Assembly: GCA_964016885.1 (NCBI GenBank) | Contig: OZ024743.1 | Location: 19,902,001-19,966,000 of the forward strand | Source of the DNA: Eledone cirrhosa | Taxonomy: Eukaryota | DNA: 64,000 bases | Reading direction: 5' to 3' | Part shown: positions 56,594-64,000 of the stretch, in pieces | Numbering within the stretch: the first letter of the stretch is position 1 | How the letters are laid out: each line of letters begins with the position of its first letter | Position numbers and translations under genes: made by a program | The notes under the pieces: model-generated | Database searches by the model: none | Seen by the model: only the letters and a program-made list of their open reading frames with translations | What the model was told of the DNA's origin: nothing

Positions 56594-57407
56594 TGAAAAA
56601 ATGGGGAGAAGAATACTGCAGGTTGCACATAGATAACATGTAATAAAATGAGTCCCTCATCAGTGATTTGCCGACGATCATAGATATTTCATTGCATTCA
56701 AAATCATATACCTCACGTCGGTGCAATAATAACTAAATTAAGTTATTAGGACAAATAAAACGCGTAAAGCGAGTGAGACAAGATAACAACAAAGAGGAGA
56801 GCTAACCGTAGAGAGGAAGGGAACAAGCTACATAGTTATTCTGTTAGCATAAGCTAGGTGAATATATGAGCGCTTAGAAAAAAGACCATTCGGGATGAAT
56901 CCAAATGTGAGAAAGAAAGAATTTGTTTTCGTCGCGAACGGGGTGAAGTAAGAAGGGGAGAAACAGTGAGTGAGTGAGTGGAAGTGTGAGGAAGAGTTAA
57001 CTGACATGACAGAGGGGGCGAAAGAAAGTAGGAGAAACAGAGATAACGAGGGAGCAGTAAGAGAGAGAGAGAGAGAAAAAAACAGAATCGCAGTTTAGGT
57101 AAATATATGTGAAAAAATGGGGAGAAGAATACTGCAGGTTGCACATGGATAACATGTAATAAAATGAGTCCCTCATCAGTGATTTGCCGACGATCATAGA
57201 TATTTCATTGCATTAAAAATCATATACCTCACGTCGGTGCAATAATAACTAAATTAAGTTATTAGGACAATTAAAACGCGTAAAGCGAGTGAGACAAGTT
57301 AACAACAAAGAGGAGAGCTAACCGTAGAGAGGAAGGGAACAAGCTACATAGTTATTCTGTTAGCATAAGCTAGGTGAATATATGAGAGCTTAGAAAAAAG
57401 ACCATTC

Positions 57408-57411
<4 letters not shown>
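56594..57411 (-). repeat. 516-bp period element (300-bp direct repeats) between (TA)n tracts, with a permuted HHR-like core
   Basis: 56594-56895 resembles 57110-57411. Confidence 0.88.
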
Positions 57412-57497
<86 letters not shown>

Positions 57498-57589
57498 CAA
57501 AAGGGATATTTAATTTGTTGGTAATTCAACAAATATAAATGTTTATAACTGATTCGAATCACTCAACAAGTTTTCTGGAGTATAATATT

Positions 57590-57954
57590 CAATGATATTA
57601 AATAAATGGAAACTATATTTATAAAACCATATTTATTCTATTATATATTTTTCAAGGGTCCCAAAACTTTGGTATGCTCTCATCAGATAAAATACAAAGT
57701 TTGTTTCATAAATATTGACATAACCAGGAAGAAGATCTTACCGGTTCAAGTTTTTCCTGAAAAAGCTTGAACCGTTAAGATATATCCAGGAAAAACTTGA
57801 ACCATTAAGATCTTCTTCCTGATTATGTCAATATTTATAAAACAAACTTTGTATTTTATCTGATGAGAGCGTACCAAAGTTTTGGTACCCTTGAAAAATA
57901 TATAATAGAATAAATATGGTTTTATAAATATAGTTTCCATTTATTTAATATCAT

Positions 57955-57956
<2 letters not shown>
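57590..57956. repeat. ~165-bp inverted repeat with a hammerhead in each arm (57634-57694 minus, 57852-57912 plus)
   Basis: tattttat-CTGATGA-gagcgtacca-aagttt-tggtaccctt-GAAA-aatata-TA-atagaata. Confidence 0.85.
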
Positions 57957-58040
<84 letters not shown>

Positions 58041-58288
58041 AGGTTTCCACACAGTTTCCATATTCCAAAGCATCGATCAGCATGATATCTCTAAACACAT
58101 ATATTGTTACTGAAACATGCTATCATAATTTATTATCTCATTATTTTTGTCTCTCCATCATGACTTCATACAGTCAGAGATTTCAGGTCTGGGGCATTTA
58201 TCCTGCAATGGATACTTGACAATTTAAATACTTCAGTATTGCTAAAACACTATCATTACACATACACAATTCACTGTATTCAATAGCT

Positions 58289-58585
58289 TCATCATCATCA
58301 TCATCATCATCGGCACTTGTTAACGTCCATTTTTCCATGCTGGTATGGGTTGGATGAATGATCCTGTTGTGAGGAATGCTAGGTCAGGTGACCATGTTCT
58401 GCTCATACAGAACTGATTTGAGTTGGTTTCTACAGCTGGGAAGAGCACTTCCCAACACCAACCTCATTTACAGTGAGTGCTGGGTGCTTTTTGTTGTGAA
58501 GGCTACACGACCACTTTACAGTGTGTACTGAGTGATTTTTGTCATGACGTCTACACGACCACTTTACAGTGTGGACTGGGCAATC
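58289..58585 (-). mobile_element. 3' UTR fragment of the RTE family at 40893 (another tail at about 45048-45090)
   Basis: (CAT)n, TTTCCATGCTGGTATGGGTT and TTACAGTGTGGACTGGG subrepeats shared with 40915-41130. Confidence 0.7.
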
Positions 58586-61099
58586 AGCCAGTAATCTTTC
58601 TTCTATTTGTACTATTATAACTGCTTCCATACATGCACCAATATTCAGATATACTCTTGTGTGTAGGTATGCTGTCAATTATGTAAGTGTCTATGTATGT
58701 ATAGCCAAGTGGTTACATGGCATGCTTTACAATTGTGATGTCCTGGATTTTATCTCACTGCATTGAATCTTGGGCTAGTAACTTTTACACTTGTCTTAGA
58801 TGGATGTGTGATGTGAGATGAGTAACACCTGTAATTTAAATGGTCGGTCATACTGATTCTGTCATAGTGATTCTGCCTGAGTATTATATTAAATCTACAA
58901 ATATCTGAGAAATACTCAGTCACTTACTGTAATTCAATGAGTAGATAATTCACTCAGTCAAATAACTGGAATATTAATTGTCAGACCTGATAGCGATGCA
59001 TATATTTTACAATGTATGCAAGTATAAACATCGTGGATTTTATTTTAGATCTGGTTTATATAGTTACATTGGTTATGAAGTCAAGAAAATAAAATCAATA
59101 TGAACAAATCTTGTATCTTTTACTCTGAACCAAATCTGTAATGTTGTTATCATTTTTGCTGCTATTACATTTGGCTGAAATATTTCATAATTCAGACAAT
59201 TTCTGTTTATGTAACTTAATCCACTCTTTTTATTTTATGAAATATGTGCTGCCTTTCAATAGATTGGTATTTCATATAAGTTGTTGAAATATAAGATGGC
59301 AGCATAGCAGCACTTTTGAAGAAATAGTTCGGACATGTGCCATTAGTCTGGAGGCACTGACTTAATTGTCTTCCCCATAGTTTACCTGAAAATACTACAC
59401 CAAACACATCCTATGAAATCAATATCTCGGATGGTCACTGAATAGCTTCCATTTCAATAGAGTTAGCTTATCTAGCTTAATTTAAGAAGCTGGAGAAGAT
59501 ATTCATTGTCAAAATCTACATCTCTGATTTTGGAAAGTCTAATATTTTCTGACAAATCATTTTAGATTTGTAGCAATATAAATTACAGGGTATCTCCTGA
59601 AATATATACGCTGCTATTTTATAGTATTAGGATGCTGGTTTTAGACATGTCTTGAACAATATAGTTGGGAAGAGAGTATTTTTCTGGATTTACTTTTGTT
59701 AATACCTTTTATCATTCCATGCTGGTGTGAGTGGGATGGAATTTGTGAAATTGTACACTTACATACACTTGGAGCAATGTGATTATACAATTGGATGCCT
59801 TCTTAACTGCTATCCAATAATCAGTGAGTAATGTGCACTGTGTACTTTTAGTTAATCTCACTATACTTTTAGTTAATCTCACTATACTAGTCAACTATCT
59901 CTTCCAGCAAAGAAGACCTCATCATTATTTTCCAAAAGAATTCGGAAATAAAGTCAGTAATATGCATTTATCTGGCAATCAGATGAACAATCTCATAGGT
60001 CACCTGATCATGTAGAGTGAGTATTTACATGGATATTCGAACTACTACGAATAGAAGCCAATCTTCTTCAAGTCTTGCCATATATTATGTTCTTTTCATA
60101 GGTTTATAATGCATATAAGTTCACTGATATTTAATTTCACTGATATTTATTATGTATGATTATTTTTTCTTCAGTGTGTGTACAACATCCTTTTATGTAT
60201 ATAAGATTTTGTAAAAATGTTAGAATTTGAGCTAAATGTGTTGTAGTTGCAGGCTTATGATCAAAGACTAATTTGTTATGATATTTCTGTCTTTTTAACA
60301 GACATATGTTTCCATCTTTTTTATGATGCTAACATGTGATTTAAGGGATGTTTTCTCTGCTATTTCTAGTTTGGTCAAAACTGGGATACCATAATTATTT
60401 ATTTATATTTTTCTATTAGGAATAGATTTCTTTTATTATTTTCCCTCTAGCATCCATCCAGTATCTATAACATACTGATCCATGGAATTATCTGAAATCA
60501 TTAGTATCAGGTGTAGGATAAATCCAGTGAAAATTGTTCTATTACCTCTAAAGTGTATCAAGCTGTGTTTCCTTCCTGCTGTTGTTGTTGATGCTGTTGT
60601 TGTTTTTCATATTGTAGTTTTTGCTGCAGTTGTTGTTGGTCCTGCTGTTGTTGTTGTGTTATTGTTGTTGATGCTGTTGTTGATGTTGTTGTTGATGCTG
60701 CTGTTGTTGATGTTGTTGTGTGTTTGTTGTTGATGCTGTTGTTGTTGTTTATCAAAGATGTTCCAGCAAATATTTTTTTTGTTGTTGTTGTTTATCAAAG
60801 ATGTCCCATGCAAATTTTTTTTCTTTCTGTATTCTGATAACACCATAAAAACACCTACCAAACCACTTACCAAAGGTCACAACAAACATTAATTTGTCAT
60901 TCAGTCATCCACTAACACTGCATACACAGAGAAGTAAGCCCATCAAACTCATTGATACCACCACAGCGCCAATGAGATCATAAACCAAATACCAGTGGAT
61001 TCTATTGAGATTAAAAGTGCCACTGAAGCGCAATCTTTATTATGTTGTCAATGACTTATCAACACCAACATATATATATATAAATATATATCATATATT

Positions 61100-61865
61100 G
61101 AGTTATAAACTCGAAATAGTCTTTTACAATTAAATAGCTCAAAGAAGGGAATATTTCCGAGCCGTGTAATACAAATGAATATATGAGAGGGATGAACACT
61201 GATACAAGTATACATGTGTTCGAATTGCAAATGACCAAGTTAGCTAGGTTGAAAAATACTAATTTAAAATAATATGGTTTGCCTGTCTCGATTTAAAGTA
61301 ATAAATCAATAAAAATAACAAACCTATATTGGCAATGGCCGTGATACCCGGACAAATTCTAAATTTGTTTCGCAACAATTATTAAGTGAAAGTCACTATC
61401 CCTGTGCTCTTCTGCGGGTATCCAGGAAATTTTTAATTGTAAAAGACTATTTCGAGTTTATAACGGCGCCATACGTAGAGCTAATTTTAGTCCCATAAAA
61501 CATGCTGCTATTTTTAGCGGCACGAGTATGAGACGAGTTAGGCGCTGTGACATGTGCGTTCAACAACACATATTTGTCAGTGTTCTTAAGTATTTTGAAG
61601 TGAAAGGTACGAATTTCCTGGATACCCGCACAGGGATAGTGACTTTCACTTAATAATTGTTGCGAAACAAATTTAGAATTTGTCCGAGTATCACGGCCAT
61701 TACCAATATAGGTTTGTTATTTTTATTGATTTATTACTTTAAATCGAGACAGGCAAACCATATTATTTTAAATTAGTATTTTTCAACCTAGCTAACTTGG
61801 TCATTTGCAATTCGAACACATATATACGTGTATCAGTGTTCAACCCTCTCATATATTCATTTGTA
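61100..61865. repeat. Inverted/rearranged pLTR-like repeat, family of 268-790
   Basis: 61169-61431 is approximately the reverse complement of 61612-61865, and 61433-61464 is the reverse complement of 61102-61133. Confidence 0.85.
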
Positions 61866-61930
61866 TAAATATATATATAGATATCAAAATAAAGATCCGA
61901 AGGCATGGTATAAATTTCCAATCATTTTAA

Positions 61931-62004
61931 TCACGACACATGTTTCAATAAGAGATAGATCAATCGTGGAACCATGATTGATTATCACTGATCTCGTCAG
62001 GTGA
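61931..62004 (-). ncRNA. Minimal type I hammerhead ribozyme
   Basis: tcac-CTGACGA-gat..atcaatcatgg-tt-ccacgattgat..att-GAAAC-atgt-GTC-gtga. Confidence 0.82.
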
Positions 62005-62448
62005 AAATGAATTGTCTTCAAATCCTTGATATGAGGGAGAAAATTAACGATGTTCACTCACAGAGTTTCGTCCCTCATATGAAGATCAAGCAGTCAAAAC
62101 ATTGCGACTGCTATCGTCTTCAGTTAGGGTCATAAAACTATCAAGTCTATATCTCCCAATACATCATCTAGCTTTTCTCCCATTACATCATCTAGCTGTT
62201 CCCATAAATGGAATTGGAGATATACAAAAGCGTGGAGAACTTAATATTGGTAAGAAAAATTTATTGGACCGTTTGACACAACCAATAATACACCTTACTA
62301 TATAACAACTATATTTATATATATATATATATATATAATATAATATATATATATCGTATATATATACATATATTGTATATATATATACATATATTGTATA
62401 TATATATATATATACATATATTGTATATATATATATATACATATATTG

Positions 62449-62597
<149 letters not shown>

Positions 62598-63209
62598 GAG
62601 AGAGAATTCTTTGTTTGTCTGTCTTCCTATGCATTCTCAAATGGCTGGACCAAATCAAATCAAATTTTACAAGGTAATAGTATTAGACCTAGGGAATGTC
62701 AACATGTAATTTTTATTTTTATTCGGATTAAAACAATAGAAAACAATACCATGTCATATTTTGTATATGAATATGTATGTGTCTGTGAGTGTGTGTGTGT
62801 GTGCAAGTTCATTATGTATGTTATTGAATACACACACATCTACACATACATATACATGTGGCAAATGTCAAAATAGTGGGGTGAAAAGCTATGCATGTGG
62901 CTGCATGAATGTATGTCTGTGTGTCTCTGCCTTAGTATTGTATGTGAGAGTGTATGTGTGTGAGTGTGTAGCAACAACTTATTCATTTGGACACCAACAA
63001 AAATTTACACAAAGAATATTGTTTACTCTAAGGTGCTTCAAGATTGACAGATTTTCATTTCTAAATTCTATTATCATTATAACTTTGATATTTTTTTAAT
63101 AAAATATAGATATTTTGAAATAATTATGAGAAAAAAACATATATATGTATATCATATATTTATTGTTTACTAATCTGAATAAGAACAGCAACACTGAGTA
63201 ATTCAGCTA

Positions 63210-63259
<50 letters not shown>

Positions 63260-63332
63260 AATATATATAGCTAACCTTATACTGCCTGCTGCATAAGTGG
63301 AGTGTTATACACCCCTGATCCTTTCCCTAGTA

Positions 63333-63412
<80 letters not shown>

Positions 63413-63479
63413 CAAAATAAGATGCTGAGGTTACATATATCATTTAATCATTATAATTATTTCCACATGGGGCCAACAA

Positions 63480-64000
63480 GACTAGGACTTCATTACTGAT
63501 CCCTGATACCACACTACAGAGTAATCCTGGAGGAACTGCTAACCATGGCTTATTAAGAAGGGACGGGACCTCGCCTACATTGGAAAACAAGGAAGCCAAC
63601 ACATACTCTAACGGAACAGGTGAAGGGACTGGTGACTATAACAGGAAGCAAACCCGTTCCCGCAATGTCATTTGGTTTAAACCCCCCACCCCCTTTTGCG
63701 CCAGTCTGCGCAACAACCTAGCAACCTCTTTCTTCAGGGCTTTGGATAATCACTTCCATAAGCAGCACTGGTACAACGCTATTTTCAACAGGCACACTCT
63801 TAAATTGTCCTACTCCACAACTAGAAACCTAGCGCAAAATATAGAAGCCTTAAACCGAAGTAGAGTGAAAAACGTCCGCAACTCCAGGGGAACCAGCAAC
63901 CATGAGGAGTCGCGCCACGCAAATGCCTCTTCCTCTGTTGGTAACATCTTGAACCGTGAACGTGATCCGGAGATCCGAGCGGCAACACCCCTCCGAGCTG
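63480..64000 (+). mobile_element. Fragment of another Naiad-type PLE (post-RT region), runs off the window
   Basis: RKQTRSRNVIWFKPP..FCASLRNNLATSFFRALDNHFHKQHWYNAIFNRHTLKLSYSTTRNL. Confidence 0.82.

Overview
AT-rich, microsatellite-dense eukaryotic (animal) intronic or intergenic DNA made almost entirely of transposable elements. The repeat content resembles an octopus/cephalopod genome (inference). No intact host gene is evident; there is one candidate exon at 39676-39898 (-). Contents: several Penelope-like retroelements (PLEs, including a near full-length Naiad-type element at 820-4212); a long, internally deleted Helitron with both termini and a non-autonomous Helitron; a near full-length RTE LINE with a PHD-like finger; an R4/Dong 3' end; two tRNA-SINE families; and a hAT-like non-autonomous element. 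The most striking pattern is that the non-coding islands between (TA)n tracts are many unrelated short elements in tandem and/or inverted arrangement. Most carry a minimal hammerhead ribozyme (HHR) motif; I found about 20 by eye in more than 10 families. Highlights are a 591-bp tandem array with one U3-A8 covariant hammerhead per monomer (retrozyme/circRNA-like), a 260-bp tandem/inverted unit with a complete tRNA cloverleaf and no recognisable ribozyme, a permuted (type II order) hammerhead, and a family-wide CAGAAGA core variant. Most short ORFs in the track are translated microsatellites. All folds were checked by hand only.
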